A stretch of DNA of 40,404 nucleotides from Candidatus Woesearchaeota archaeon (GTDB lineage Archaea > Nanobdellota > Nanobdellia > Woesearchaeales > UBA583), in contig JBLKOJ010000006.1 in the NCBI GenBank assembly GCA_047602745.1, positions 1 to 40,404 on the forward strand, written 5' to 3'. Position numbers and translations under genes: made by a program. The stretch's first letter is position 1. Every line of letters begins with the position of its first letter. Positions 1-10,016 of this stretch are shown piece after piece. The notes beneath the pieces are model-generated. The model did no database searches. It was not told the origin of the DNA and worked only from the letters and a program-made list of their open reading frames with translations.

Positions 1-182
1 ATTTTGCAAAATTTTATTTTGCTTCTTAGTTTCTATAAAATTAAAAATTTCAGTAGAAATTTTACTAATTTTTAATTGATATTATAGAAATTATTGATTC
101 TTAATTTAATTTTTAGTTAGGAACTGGACAGAGCCATATAACACAAACTTTTTTAAACTTTACTTATAAGAGTTTAGTAGCT

Positions 183-845
183 ATGAAAATTGCTCTATTA
201 GATTGTGGAATTATAAAAGACCCTCTAAGAAGTAGAAGTTTAAGAATTATTGAAAAAGTTAATCAACTGGGGTATGATATTTTAAGAGTTGAAGTTCTTG
301 AAAATCAAAAAATCGAAGAGGGATTAGAAAATTTCACACATATTATTATTTCAGGTTCGGGTCTCGACTTTGATTCTCATCAAATTAATATTGAGTACAC
401 TCGTGAAATTATAGCTAGGTGTAAAATATTAAATATTAATGTTTTAGGAATTTGCTTTGGTGCTCAATTAGTTGCTCATGTGTTGGGGGGAGAAGTTGAA
501 AAACAAAAACAGCAAGAGTTTGGATTTGTTGAATTAGAAATATTAGAAGATGATGAATTAATTAAAGGTTTGCCAGAAAAATTTCATGTGTTTGAGTATC
601 ACTTTGATTATATTAAATCTCTTCCTCCACATTCAAAATTAATTGGTAAAAGTAATAAATGTATTCAAATATTCAAATATAATAATTTTTATGGAGTTCA
701 GTTCCATCCCGAAATAGATTCGATGTTTGCTCATAAAGAAATTGAATTAATTGAGAAAAATCAATTACAAGAAAAAGTAATTTTAAAAGATTTGAACTAT
801 ATACTACCTTCTAAAATATTTGAGAATTTTTTAAACATTAAATAA
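183..845 (+). CDS. Class I glutamine amidotransferase (GMP-synthase-like GATase domain), stand-alone
   Basis: IIISGSG oxyanion strand, nucleophile motif LGICFGAQ, His-Glu motif GVQFHPE; no synthase domain. Confidence 0.9.
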   Translation: MKIALLDCGIIKDPLRSRSLRIIEKVNQLGYDILRVEVLENQKIEEGLENFTHIIISGSGLDFDSHQINIEYTREIIARCKILNINVLGICFGAQLVAHVLGGEVEKQKQQEFGFVELEILEDDELIKGLPEKFHVFEYHFDYIKSLPPHSKLIGKSNKCIQIFKYNNFYGVQFHPEIDSMFAHKEIELIEKNQLQEKVILKDLNYILPSKIFENFLNIK

Positions 846-868
846 AGTTGAATTAAAATTAAAATAAA

Positions 869-1246
869 ATGAAATTGATAAGAAAATTAGAACAAAAAAC
901 TTTATCACATTCGTTTAATAAACGGGTGTATGAAATAGTATCTCAAATTCCAAAAGGTAAAGTTATGACATATAAGCAAATTGCAAATTTACTAGGATGT
1001 AGTGCATATAGGACTGTAGGAAATGCACTTAATAAAAATCCCTATAATGTCTCAAAAGTACCCTGTCATCGAGTTATAAAAAATAATAGTGAACTTGGAA
1101 AGTATGCTTGGGATAATAAAATAAAATATGAGTTATTAATAAGTGAGGGTATTGAATTTGAGATTAAGAAGATCAATTTAACTAAATTAGATTTTCAAAA
1201 ATTAAAAATTAAACCTCAATTTTTATATGAAATAAATTCTATTTGA
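869..1246 (+). CDS. ogt: Methylated-DNA--protein-cysteine methyltransferase (MGMT/Ogt C-terminal domain only)
   Basis: IPKGKVMTYKQIA HTH, RTVGNALNKNP, active-site VPCHRVI. Confidence 0.9.
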   Translation: MKLIRKLEQKTLSHSFNKRVYEIVSQIPKGKVMTYKQIANLLGCSAYRTVGNALNKNPYNVSKVPCHRVIKNNSELGKYAWDNKIKYELLISEGIEFEIKKINLTKLDFQKLKIKPQFLYEINSI

Positions 1247-1258
1247 TAAATTTTATAT

Positions 1259-1924
1259 CTATCTTCTATAGTAAAAACTTAATTCAAACTCAAATCTTCC
1301 TTGATTAGTTGGAATATTTTGAAACTCATTTGAAACTCTTGAGTACCCTTTTCTTAAATAGTAATTTTCATCACTAGGGTTAAGAGATAATTCAAATTCT
1401 TGTAAATTATCCATCGTTACATTTAAATGTGAATACCTAATATCGTTACTAGGAATTACTCTTAGGGCGAATGCTTTTGGACTATGAAGAGGATTTTGTT
1501 CACTTGTACCATTAAATAGTGAATGTAGACTTGTATTTATTAAATTTAAAAATGTTGAGCAAACTTTTAATTCAAGGGGAGGATTTCCTTTTTCACAAGT
1601 GATTGAAATTTCTTTTTGAATTAAATCAGTATTATCAACACATAAATTAAGAAGTCCTGTTCCGTCCATTATTCTTGAATTATAACACTCAATTCTGAGT
1701 GTTTTTAAGTGTTCAATCATACTTTGAGCTATAATTTCATTTTCACTAATTAAAATTGCATCTTGTTGTTGAACTGTAAATACGTTCCTAAATTCAGAAT
1801 ATAATAAAAATCCTAGTATTAGAATTACAAAAAATAACATAATTCCAAATATTTCACCTTGAGATTTTGTAGGGATAATTTTTTTAATTATATGAAATTT
1901 GAAATTTATTTTTTGAAATGCCAT
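1259..1924 (-). CDS. Pilin-like membrane-anchored protein with putative class III signal peptide
   Basis: Basic leader then KSQGEIFG followed by hydrophobic helix IMLFFVILILGFLLY; four Cys in the extracellular part. Confidence 0.55.
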   Translation of the reverse strand: MAFQKINFKFHIIKKIIPTKSQGEIFGIMLFFVILILGFLLYSEFRNVFTVQQQDAILISENEIIAQSMIEHLKTLRIECYNSRIMDGTGLLNLCVDNTDLIQKEISITCEKGNPPLELKVCSTFLNLINTSLHSLFNGTSEQNPLHSPKAFALRVIPSNDIRYSHLNVTMDNLQEFELSLNPSDENYYLRKGYSRVSNEFQNIPTNQGRFEFELSFYYRR

Positions 1925-1949
1925 AATATATTACTCAGTAATAATAAAA

Positions 1950-1958
1950 TTTTATAAA
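1950..1958. promoter_or_regulatory. Shared TATA box (TTTTATAAA) between divergent genes
   Basis: About 26 nt from the minus-strand ATG at 1924 and about 25 nt from the plus-strand ATG at 1983. Confidence 0.5.
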
Positions 1959-1961
1959 TCT

Positions 1962-4277
1962 ATGTTGTTAAAATTACGTAGTATGATTATTTTAAATAAA
2001 TTATTTTTAAAGTTATTCAATTTTTGTTTGATATTTACATTTTTATTATTTCCAAATATATTTTCAATAGATTCAATATTTTCAGATTCCCTTACTCTTG
2101 AAATTGAACATTCTTTAGGTATTGATATTGAAAAAAATTATGATAAAGGCGTTATTGAAAGTTTAGATTTAATTTCATATTATACTATTTTAAATAATCC
2201 TCCTTATCAAAAAATTAATAATTTTCAAATTTTTCCTAGTTTTGTAAATTATGAAATTTCTAAAGATTCCCATTCAGAAAAAATAAGATATAAATTTACA
2301 AATAAGGATCTCAAGAGCTTTCAAACTCAATTAAATACCTTTGAAGTTGAAGTTTTAAAAAGGTATGAAATTGAATCTATGGCTACTTTTCCAAAAATTA
2401 ACTCATACAATTTTTATCCTCTTGAAAGTGAATTATTAGAAGAAAATTCAAAGTATCTACAGTTTACTGAAATGATAAATACTAATCAAGAATTACAACA
2501 AAAAGCTTTTGAATTGGCTTATGGTGAAGATGATGTTTTTGTTATTGCAACTAAAATTGCAAATTGGTTAGAGCAAGAAATAGAATATGATTTATCAACA
2601 ATTTTTGAAAATCCTAATCAAAATGCAATTGAGATTTTTAATTCTAAAAGAGGAGTTTGTAAAGAGCTCTCAATTATTTATATCTCAATGTTGCGTTCAT
2701 TACAAATTCCTTCAAGAGTAGTTTTAGGGTATGCTTATACAAACTCTCAAGAGATAATCGATTTTGTAGGAAGTAATTGGGGGGGACATGCATGGGTTGA
2801 AGTATTAATAGGAGATAAATGGGTTCCATTTGATTTAGCATATAGACAATATGGGTTTGTAGGTTCAACTCATATAGCATTTCAAAAAAATTATGATATT
2901 AATGACTTAGGAATCTTAGTTGAAATGAGTTCAAGAGGATTTGACTTTAACCCTAATTCGTTATTTTCAAATGTTGAAATTGAAATTATAGATTCTAAAT
3001 ATTCTAATTTAAATGAATCAACTCAGATTAATGCAAAAATTAATTTAGAATTTGAAGAATTTCAGAGTTCTTCATATATATTTTTAGAGGTGGAATTAGA
3101 AAATCCACACTCACATTATTTGGCTCAAGAGATTCAATTAATATTTCCTAATGAATTAGAAAGTATAACTAATTCTCAAAAATTATTGACTATAAAGCCT
3201 AAGAGTTTAAAAAAAATAGGATTTATTTTAAAAGTTCCAGATAATTTTGATAATTTCATACTTCCAATTTCCCTTTACTCAACATCAAATTTAGAGTTGA
3301 GGGAATTAGATCAAGTTAAAATTATTACAAGACAACAAGGAGCATTACTCACCAGAGATTATGTTGAGCTTAAACAAAAAGAACTTGGTGAATTTAATCA
3401 AATGAAAAATAAAGAACAGACTGACAATCTTTTAGAAGGTATATTAAAGAATAATGAAGATTTAGAAAATACTAAAAGTGTTGGAAAAAATAACACTACA
3501 CAAAATTTTAGTTTAAATGAGACTATTTATGATATTATCTCTAAAACTATTTCAAATTCTCCAGATATTATAAATTTGAATTGTAATATTATATTTGAGT
3601 TTGATAGTAGTGAGACTTTTTTTAGAAATTTATCCCGTCAAGAGTTTGAAAATATTCCTTTGCTATTAGAATGTGATTTACAAATGCTTTTAGAAGAAGT
3701 GAAGCACGAGTTTGAAAGAAATAATTTTGAAATTGATAATAATTCGTTATTTACTATTAACTTATGTTCAAAGAATTGTACTTCAAAATCTGTAAGTTTG
3801 TATGGTTTGTTTAATAACTCTCTTAATTTGAAAATACGGGTTCTCTGGGCAATTCAAATGAGTTCGATAATGAGATTTGGTCCAGTATCAATACCGATTA
3901 AAACAAATTTTACAGAGATAAATTTTGAATCTCTAAATCAAGTTTATGACATTGACATGAATGATAATAAAATTCAATTTCAAAAATTAATTGATGAAGA
4001 TGTTGAAAATATATACTTACATTTAGAAGTTATAGATGTGTCAGATTCTCAATTAGTTGCATATAATAAAGTATTAAGTTTGAAAAATGGTTCTGTTGAA
4101 TTAGATCTCGACATTGGAGAATATGATTTTCATATTACTTTATTTCATTATAATAAACCTATAGAAGAGAATATTAGAACTATTAGAATTACTCAAAAAA
4201 AATCAGATAATCAGATATTGAGTTTTTTAAATTTAATAATTAATTCAATTTCAAATTTTTTCATATCTTTATTCTAA
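1962..4277 (+). CDS. Secreted transglutaminase-like domain protein (likely start ATG 1983)
   Basis: N-terminal signal peptide; catalytic triad motifs GVCKE (Cys), GHAWVEV (His), WVPFD (Asp); amphipathic C-terminus ILSFLNLIINSISNFFISLF. Confidence 0.85.
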   Translation: MLLKLRSMIILNKLFLKLFNFCLIFTFLLFPNIFSIDSIFSDSLTLEIEHSLGIDIEKNYDKGVIESLDLISYYTILNNPPYQKINNFQIFPSFVNYEISKDSHSEKIRYKFTNKDLKSFQTQLNTFEVEVLKRYEIESMATFPKINSYNFYPLESELLEENSKYLQFTEMINTNQELQQKAFELAYGEDDVFVIATKIANWLEQEIEYDLSTIFENPNQNAIEIFNSKRGVCKELSIIYISMLRSLQIPSRVVLGYAYTNSQEIIDFVGSNWGGHAWVEVLIGDKWVPFDLAYRQYGFVGSTHIAFQKNYDINDLGILVEMSSRGFDFNPNSLFSNVEIEIIDSKYSNLNESTQINAKINLEFEEFQSSSYIFLEVELENPHSHYLAQEIQLIFPNELESITNSQKLLTIKPKSLKKIGFILKVPDNFDNFILPISLYSTSNLELRELDQVKIITRQQGALLTRDYVELKQKELGEFNQMKNKEQTDNLLEGILKNNEDLENTKSVGKNNTTQNFSLNETIYDIISKTISNSPDIINLNCNIIFEFDSSETFFRNLSRQEFENIPLLLECDLQMLLEEVKHEFERNNFEIDNNSLFTINLCSKNCTSKSVSLYGLFNNSLNLKIRVLWAIQMSSIMRFGPVSIPIKTNFTEINFESLNQVYDIDMNDNKIQFQKLIDEDVENIYLHLEVIDVSDSQLVAYNKVLSLKNGSVELDLDIGEYDFHITLFHYNKPIEENIRTIRITQKKSDNQILSFLNLIINSISNFFISLF

Positions 4278-4356
4278 AAATTATTTTAAAATTAAATTAA
4301 TTCAATGTATAGTGAATACATATTTTTAAATTTGATTGATTTATAATTTCAGTATT

Positions 4357-4908
4357 ATGGTTGTTTGCGAATTTTCTGGGGAAGAGTGTGATAAGATTAT
4401 TAAAGTTGAAATAGCGGGTGCTATTATGAATGTAAGTTCTAAATATGCTCATTTAGGAAAAATAATTGAGGCTACTCCTGCAAGTAATTCTTCATTAAAT
4501 AATAAGACTAAAAGCATAATTCTTTCTCAGTTAGAACATCCTCATTTAAAAAAATCATTTAAGTCAAGTTCAAACTTTGTGAAAACTCAATTAAGAGTTG
4601 TCGATAATGCTGTATCATTAATTCAATCTCATATGTCAAAAAATAATTTAACTATTAAACATATCTCTCATAATGCAAATGTGAAAGAAGGAACTCTTCA
4701 AAAAATGCTTTCAAATAAAATTCAGTTTGACATTAAAGTAGCTCAGCAAATTCAAAAAACTTTCAAAATATCTTTAGTTGAAGAAGTTGAAATTAATGAA
4801 GAGCAAAATACAAGTCCTCAGGATTATATTATTGATGATTCACCTACTAATTCTTCAGGCACATCAATGGAGGATTTGTTAAAAGGAGTTTTAAAAAATA
4901 TGAAATAA
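4357..4908 (+). CDS. mbf1: Archaeal multiprotein bridging factor 1-like protein (degenerate Zn ribbon + Cro-like HTH)
   Basis: MVVCEFSG..KVEIAGAIMNV N-terminus; LRVVDNAVSLI and LTIKHISHNANVKEGTLQKM HTH; acidic tail ending TSMEDLL; ATG at 4357 preferred over TTG 4336. Confidence 0.7.
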   Translation: MVVCEFSGEECDKIIKVEIAGAIMNVSSKYAHLGKIIEATPASNSSLNNKTKSIILSQLEHPHLKKSFKSSSNFVKTQLRVVDNAVSLIQSHMSKNNLTIKHISHNANVKEGTLQKMLSNKIQFDIKVAQQIQKTFKISLVEEVEINEEQNTSPQDYIIDDSPTNSSGTSMEDLLKGVLKNMK

Positions 4909-5094
4909 TTATAATATTTATTTTATTTATAATAAATGTTTTTTAAATGAAATTTCTATATATCTAATATTCTACATTTGGGAATATAAATATTAGAAAT
5001 TGATAAATGAGTAATATTTAAAGATATTTGATTTATATTTACATTTAAATGAATTAAAATAATTTTTAACAAATAAATAATAGTAATCTTAATC

Positions 5095-5268
5095 TTAGTA
5101 TTGTTCTAAAATTTCAGCAGTAATTGCTGCTTTACCTCCTCTTGGAACTGCTAATACTGCACCACATTTAGTACATTTAATTTCACTAGCTGCTCTTCCA
5201 AAGATTACTTGTTCGTGCCCACATTCATGACATTTAACTTTAATAAATCCTGATTTTTTTTCTTCCAT
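5095..5268 (-). CDS. rps27e: 30S ribosomal protein S27e (eS27), 57 aa, absent from the ORF track
   Basis: Manual translation MEEKKSGFIKVKCHECGHEQVIFGRAASEIKCTKCGAVLAVPRGGKAAITAEILEQY; C2-C2 zinc ribbon and P-x-GGKA motif. Confidence 0.95.
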   Translation of the reverse strand: MEEKKSGFIKVKCHECGHEQVIFGRAASEIKCTKCGAVLAVPRGGKAAITAEILEQY

Positions 5269-5290
5269 TTTTAATAATATAATTTAATAT

Positions 5291-5707
5291 TTAACGATAT
5301 GATTTTTGTCTCTTAGCTCTTGCATGTGAATTATTAGGTTTTTTAGTTTCTTTGAATCTAGTATCAGCTACAACCAATGTTCTATCATAATTAGTGAACA
5401 TTTTTTTAGTGTCTTCTCCTAACATTTCAATAAGACCTCTTGCAATAGCCTGTCTTAGAGCATCAACTTGTGAGTTAAAGCCACCTCCTTGCAATTTAAT
5501 TGAAATATTTATTTTTGATTGCATATCAGTTAAGATTAATGGTTCGATAACTCGTAATTGTAAAATTGGATTCTTAACAACTTCTTCTAAATCTTGACCA
5601 TTAATTCTCATAACTCCTTTTCCAGTTTGCATACTGCTTCTAGCAACACTTGTCTTTCTTCTTCCAACTGTGTGGATTATTTCTTTTGATGTTTTTTTAG
5701 CTGGCAT
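5291..5707 (-). CDS. rps9: 30S ribosomal protein S9 (uS9)
   Basis: GRRKTSVAR, GGGFNSQVDALRQAIARGL, C-terminal RAKRQKSYR. Confidence 0.97.
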   Translation of the reverse strand: MPAKKTSKEIIHTVGRRKTSVARSSMQTGKGVMRINGQDLEEVVKNPILQLRVIEPLILTDMQSKINISIKLQGGGFNSQVDALRQAIARGLIEMLGEDTKKMFTNYDRTLVVADTRFKETKKPNNSHARAKRQKSYR

Positions 5708-5708
5708 T

Positions 5709-6161
5709 TTAGTTCACCTTTGTATATCCAAGTACTTTACAAATATCACCCATATATGAATAGTAAAATACACTTTTTTCATCCATTTTAGCACTATCAA
5801 TAATCTCTTTTTGTGAATTTAGTAAAATTGAAGGAGTACTATTATAACATTTTAACCTTTTGTACGCTTCTATTCCTCTTTGATTTTTATATGGAAGCAT
5901 ATTTCTAAATGATCTTCTTACCATGTCAGCGGGACTTCTTGAGTAATATGGACCTTGTTTAACTACTTTATTACTTAACTTAGATTTATATCTATCAACT
6001 AGATATTTTTTATTTCCAAGTACGACTATATCTTTACAGTTAACGATTTTAATTTCTTCGCCCATTAATAATCGTTTAGCAACAATACTGCCTAATCTAC
6101 CTAGAATCAAATCTTTAGCATCAATGATAGTTGCTTTTTGTGTTTTATTTTCTTGTGTCAT
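5709..6161 (-). CDS. rpl13: 50S ribosomal protein L13 (uL13)
   Basis: IIDAKDLILGRLGSIVAKRLL, GPYYSRSP, RNMLPYK; ATG at 6161 lies just after the Rpo3 stop. Confidence 0.95.
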   Translation of the reverse strand: MTQENKTQKATIIDAKDLILGRLGSIVAKRLLMGEEIKIVNCKDIVVLGNKKYLVDRYKSKLSNKVVKQGPYYSRSPADMVRRSFRNMLPYKNQRGIEAYKRLKCYNSTPSILLNSQKEIIDSAKMDEKSVFYYSYMGDICKVLGYTKVN

Positions 6162-6162
6162 T

Positions 6163-6762
6163 TTACAACTGTTTTTCAACCTCTTCAACTTTTGAAATTA
6201 AAATTTCTAGAGCTGAATTAAATGTTTCTTCAGCACTTAATTGTCCATGTAATTCTAATACCAGATTTATTGAATCTGAGTCCCCTTCTTTTAAATAAGC
6301 ATGTGCAGGACTCCATTTAGCATGTTCTCTTCCTTCTCCTAAAATTGCTTTAGCTTTTATGTGAACTCCTTTATTACCAAAGATTTTAGTAATTGGAATT
6401 TCACCCCCAACGGGATAAATTTGAGGATCATCTGACTTTAACTCTTTTGAATACACATAACCATTATCTTGAGTTTGAAGAGTAAATGTAACTTCACACA
6501 ATGCACACCCAACACCCTTACAACTACATTTGCTTTTCACATTATAATCTTTTAAATTTGTTTTTAAAGGAATTAAACCAAGTCTATGAGCAAGAGTTTC
6601 ATCATATAGAGGAGTTTCATTTTTAATAATTTCAACATCTTCTATTGCAAATGTTAATACATTATCAATAATAGTTCTTCTAATTGAATTCACAATTTCA
6701 TTTTTTGTTTTATTAAATGAAAATATTGCTTCATTGTCTTGTTTTTGAAGAGAAACTGACAT
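6163..6762 (-). CDS. rpoD: DNA-directed RNA polymerase subunit D (Rpo3), short form without the ferredoxin-like Fe-S insert
   Basis: NSIRRTII, LYDETLAHRLGLIPL, CSCKGVGCALC, GREHAKWSP; position in the alpha-like operon. Confidence 0.95.
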   Translation of the reverse strand: MSVSLQKQDNEAIFSFNKTKNEIVNSIRRTIIDNVLTFAIEDVEIIKNETPLYDETLAHRLGLIPLKTNLKDYNVKSKCSCKGVGCALCEVTFTLQTQDNGYVYSKELKSDDPQIYPVGGEIPITKIFGNKGVHIKAKAILGEGREHAKWSPAHAYLKEGDSDSINLVLELHGQLSAEETFNSALEILISKVEEVEKQL

Positions 6763-6766
6763 TTTT

Positions 6767-7261
6767 CTATACCCTCCTACCTCTTCTTCCGCCTTTAGGT
6801 CTACACTTATCGTGCGGAACGGGTGTTACATCTTCAATTCTTCCTAGTTTCATTCCATATCTAGTTAAGATTCTAATTGCAGCTTGAGCACCAGGTCCAG
6901 ATGTCATAGGTCCATTATGACCTCCAACTGCTCTGAGTTTAACATACAGTGATGTAACTCCTTTAGTTCGACATTGTTCAGCCACCATTTTAGCAGCAGC
7001 CATTGCAACATTTGGAGTAGCTTTTAATCTATCTGATTTAGTAACCATTCCTCCAGTTACTTTACAAATAGTCTCAGTTCCAGTAATATCAGTTACGTGA
7101 AGATGAGTATTATTATACGATGAATAAATATACAAAATTCCCCAAATTTCTTGTGGTTTTTGTTCTTTTTTAACAGACTTTATTGGAGCTTGAGTTTCTT
7201 GAACTTGCTCTTCTTGAATTGAAGTTGTAACTTCTTCTTTTTGAATTGTCTCAGTTGCCAT
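6767..7261 (-). CDS. rps11: 30S ribosomal protein S11 (uS11) with acidic/Gln-rich N-terminal extension
   Basis: [43 protein letters not shown]. Confidence 0.97.
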   Translation of the reverse strand: MATETIQKEEVTTSIQEEQVQETQAPIKSVKKEQKPQEIWGILYIYSSYNNTHLHVTDITGTETICKVTGGMVTKSDRLKATPNVAMAAAKMVAEQCRTKGVTSLYVKLRAVGGHNGPMTSGPGAQAAIRILTRYGMKLGRIEDVTPVPHDKCRPKGGRRGRRV

Positions 7262-7263
7262 TT

Positions 7264-7932
7264 TTATTGTTTAACCTCCTCTTCTTTTTCAGCTGTAGTT
7301 GCAACTTGCTCTTGCTCATCATCCATTTCTTCTTCTCCTTTTTTAAGAGAAGCTTCGACATTTTCCATTGTTTTTTCTTCAACATCAACTACCTCTTCAA
7401 CAACTTCTTTTGTTGATTCAAGTTTTCTCTCAGGATGTTCTTCATCAAATAGTGCAGATGTATCTCTAAAAGAAATAGTTTCTACTTCACTAAGTCCTAC
7501 TAAATAACTCGGAGAGTTAATTACTTTGTTTCCAACTTTAATATGTTTGTGAACTACAAATTGTCTAGCTTGTTCAGGAGTTTTAGCAAGTTTAAGTTTA
7601 TACACAACATTGCTTAATCTTCTTTCTAAAAAGTCAACAACAGTAATGTCTAATACATCATCTAGTGAAGTTGTATTTACATCAATAATTCCCATCTCTT
7701 TTAATCTATTTAAATAAGCAACTCCTTGTTCACTTTCATTAGGGTTATCAAGTCTGTTTAATTGCTTAGCAAGAGTTTTATATTTCTTAACTAATAGCTC
7801 AAGTTTTCTAATTTCTTTTTTGTTTTTAAGAGCATAATTTTTAACTAATTCTTTTTCATCAAGAATAGTTTTTTTATCCCATCTTTTTTTGTGAGAGATA
7901 TATTGTTTTCTTCTTTTAGCAGGTAGTCCCAT
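7264..7932 (-). CDS. rps4: 30S ribosomal protein S4 (uS4) with long acidic C-terminal tail
   Basis: [37 protein letters not shown]. Confidence 0.95.
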   Translation of the reverse strand: MGLPAKRRKQYISHKKRWDKKTILDEKELVKNYALKNKKEIRKLELLVKKYKTLAKQLNRLDNPNESEQGVAYLNRLKEMGIIDVNTTSLDDVLDITVVDFLERRLSNVVYKLKLAKTPEQARQFVVHKHIKVGNKVINSPSYLVGLSEVETISFRDTSALFDEEHPERKLESTKEVVEEVVDVEEKTMENVEASLKKGEEEMDDEQEQVATTAEKEEEVKQ

Positions 7933-7940
7933 TTTTTAAT

Positions 7941-8411
7941 TTATTTTTTACCCCCCACTTTTGATTTTTTAGACGCAAGCATTCTGTTTCTCCTAAAGTT
8001 AGAAGCAGTTCTCTGCCCTCTCACTGTAAGTCTTAACTTAGAACGTAATACTCTGTAGGACTTGATTTTTGACATTCTTCTTTGTAATTGTAGAGCTTGA
8101 AAATCCAAATCTTTACTTACAAAGTGTTTATCTTGTCCTGTTAAAACATCTTTTTGTTGATTTAACATCCAAGTTGGAATTTTTGAAAAATCTCCCTTTG
8201 AAAGATAATTCTCAATTATTTCAATTTCTTCTTCTCTTAAACTTCCAATTTTTTTATTTTTATCCATATCAAGAGCAATACATACAGCATTTGAAAACAT
8301 TACTCCAACTCCTTTGATTTTTGAAAGTCCAAAGAGTAATGAATGATTTGCTGGAATATCAGTTGCCATGATACGAATTAACTCAGCAGATTTATTATCT
8401 TTTTTTGCCAT
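7941..8411 (-). CDS. rps13: 30S ribosomal protein S13 (uS13)
   Basis: LSKIKGVG, IPTWMLN, VRGQRT; first gene of the S13-S4-S11 operon. Confidence 0.95.
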   Translation of the reverse strand: MAKKDNKSAELIRIMATDIPANHSLLFGLSKIKGVGVMFSNAVCIALDMDKNKKIGSLREEEIEIIENYLSKGDFSKIPTWMLNQQKDVLTGQDKHFVSKDLDFQALQLQRRMSKIKSYRVLRSKLRLTVRGQRTASNFRRNRMLASKKSKVGGKK

Positions 8412-8593
8412 TGTTATAGTCTAAACAAATAGAATTTGCTTTATAAAGGTTTGCTAGTCAAATAGTTTATATATCTCGTGTTGTATTTTTGCATGACACA
8501 AGTCATTTATTTAACTATGTCTTTATTGAAAACATTAATTTATTATTAAAATGTAAAAAATATTATATAATATTAGAAGCAGTATTTAAAAGT

Positions 8594-9130
8594 TTATTCT
8601 TCATCAAAATCATCATCTGATGAAACAAGACCTTCTACTCTTCCTCCTGCTTCTTCAATTGATTCTTTAGCACCTTGTGAAATTTCATCTACAATTACTA
8701 CTAATTTTCTTGATAATTTTGCTCTTCCTAATAATTTTTTAACCTTTAGTGCTTTTAAATTTACAATAAATGAATCTTTATCTTTTGAAACAATTCCTTG
8801 TTCTTCAAGAGAGTTAAATTGTGTTTCAATGTAACTTAAGGATATAGTTTTAATTGATTTTTTATAAATTGATGTAAATCCTTTTTTACCAAAATAATCA
8901 TTACCTAGTTTAATTTTTGAAATTTTAATTCCTCTTTGAGCACCAATTAATATTTTTAATTTTTTAGATTCTGTTAAAATTGATGTTTTTTTAACATCTC
9001 CTCTAGCTCCAGTTCCTGCAAGACCAAATCCTCCCCTACTTCCTGAACCTCTGTGTTTTTTTTTATGACCCCATCCATGGGAGTTTGTTCCCCTTAGTGA
9101 TTGGGACTTTTTTCTTTTTTGTTTGAGCAT
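8594..9130 (-). CDS. rpl15: 50S ribosomal protein L15 (uL15)
   Basis: RGTNSHGWGHKKKHRGSGSRGG, YFGKKGF, AKESIEEAGG. Confidence 0.95.
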   Translation of the reverse strand: MLKQKRKKSQSLRGTNSHGWGHKKKHRGSGSRGGFGLAGTGARGDVKKTSILTESKKLKILIGAQRGIKISKIKLGNDYFGKKGFTSIYKKSIKTISLSYIETQFNSLEEQGIVSKDKDSFIVNLKALKVKKLLGRAKLSRKLVVIVDEISQGAKESIEEAGGRVEGLVSSDDDFDEE

Positions 9131-9150
9131 ATTCTAAAATAACTAAGTAT

Positions 9151-9162
9151 TATTTATAAATA
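9151..9162. promoter_or_regulatory. Perfect palindromic TATA box TATTTATAAATA, putatively bidirectional
   Basis: 12-bp palindrome whose centre (9156.5) is the exact midpoint between the uL15 ATG (9130) and the oxidoreductase ATG (9183). Confidence 0.65.
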
Positions 9163-9182
9163 TTTAGTAATTATTGACTATT

Positions 9183-9932
9183 ATGGTTATAAAAACTCAA
9201 GCAAAACTTATTGATAAACAACAATTATCTCAAGATGTGTTTTCATTTACATTTGAAGCTCAAGATAATTTTATCTTTAAATCGGGTCATTTTTTAAACT
9301 TTATACTTCCTCTTAAAGATCAACAAAGGCCTTTGAGAAGAGCATATTCAATTGCAAGTAGGCCTTATAGTAAGTTAAAGGATGAACAAGGTTATAAAAA
9401 AATTTTTGAGTTATGTGTAAAAATAGACCTAAAAGGACAATTTACTCCTATTTTACAAAATTCAGAATTGAAGTCAAAGTTTGAAATTATGGGTCCTTTA
9501 GGTTTATTTACATTAAAAGATATAGAAAATACATCAATTTCTCAAGTCTTTATTGCAGCAGGAACAGGAATTGCACCAATGAGATCATTTATTTTAGATT
9601 TGTTAGTTAATAAAAACTTTAAGGGGAAAGTTATTTTATTATTCGGAGTTAGAACTCATGAAGATGTTTTATTTCAAGATGAATTTACTCAGTTAGCTAA
9701 AAAATATTCAAACTTTAGCTTTTATTATACGCTCTCAAGACCCGATGAATCTTATCAAGGTTTGCAAGGATACGTACAAGACAATTTACATATTTTAAAA
9801 GGAGAAGATATAGATATTCAAAATTGTAGATTTTATATTTGCGGAAGAACAAAAATGGTGGATAGTGTTCATGAAAAATTAGATGAATTGGAAGTTTCAA
9901 AAGAATTAAGAAGTCACGAAAAATTTGGCTAG
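9183..9932 (+). CDS. FAD/NAD(P)-binding oxidoreductase, ferredoxin-NADP+ reductase superfamily, no Fe-S domain
   Basis: RAYSIAS (FAD), GPLGLF, AAGTGIAPM (NAD), YICG, C-terminal HEKFG. Confidence 0.9.
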   Translation: MVIKTQAKLIDKQQLSQDVFSFTFEAQDNFIFKSGHFLNFILPLKDQQRPLRRAYSIASRPYSKLKDEQGYKKIFELCVKIDLKGQFTPILQNSELKSKFEIMGPLGLFTLKDIENTSISQVFIAAGTGIAPMRSFILDLLVNKNFKGKVILLFGVRTHEDVLFQDEFTQLAKKYSNFSFYYTLSRPDESYQGLQGYVQDNLHILKGEDIDIQNCRFYICGRTKMVDSVHEKLDELEVSKELRSHEKFG

Positions 9933-10016
9933 TTAACAAGTAAATGCCTTCTAATACTTTTTTAATTTATTAAAATTAAGTACGTTGAAAAAAATATAAA
10001 AATAATTTTTTTGATT

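Noticed and set aside
4909-5094. AT-rich convergent intergenic region as ncRNA or origin
   Set aside because: No GC-rich stems, ORB-like repeats or tRNA features; consistent with terminator space
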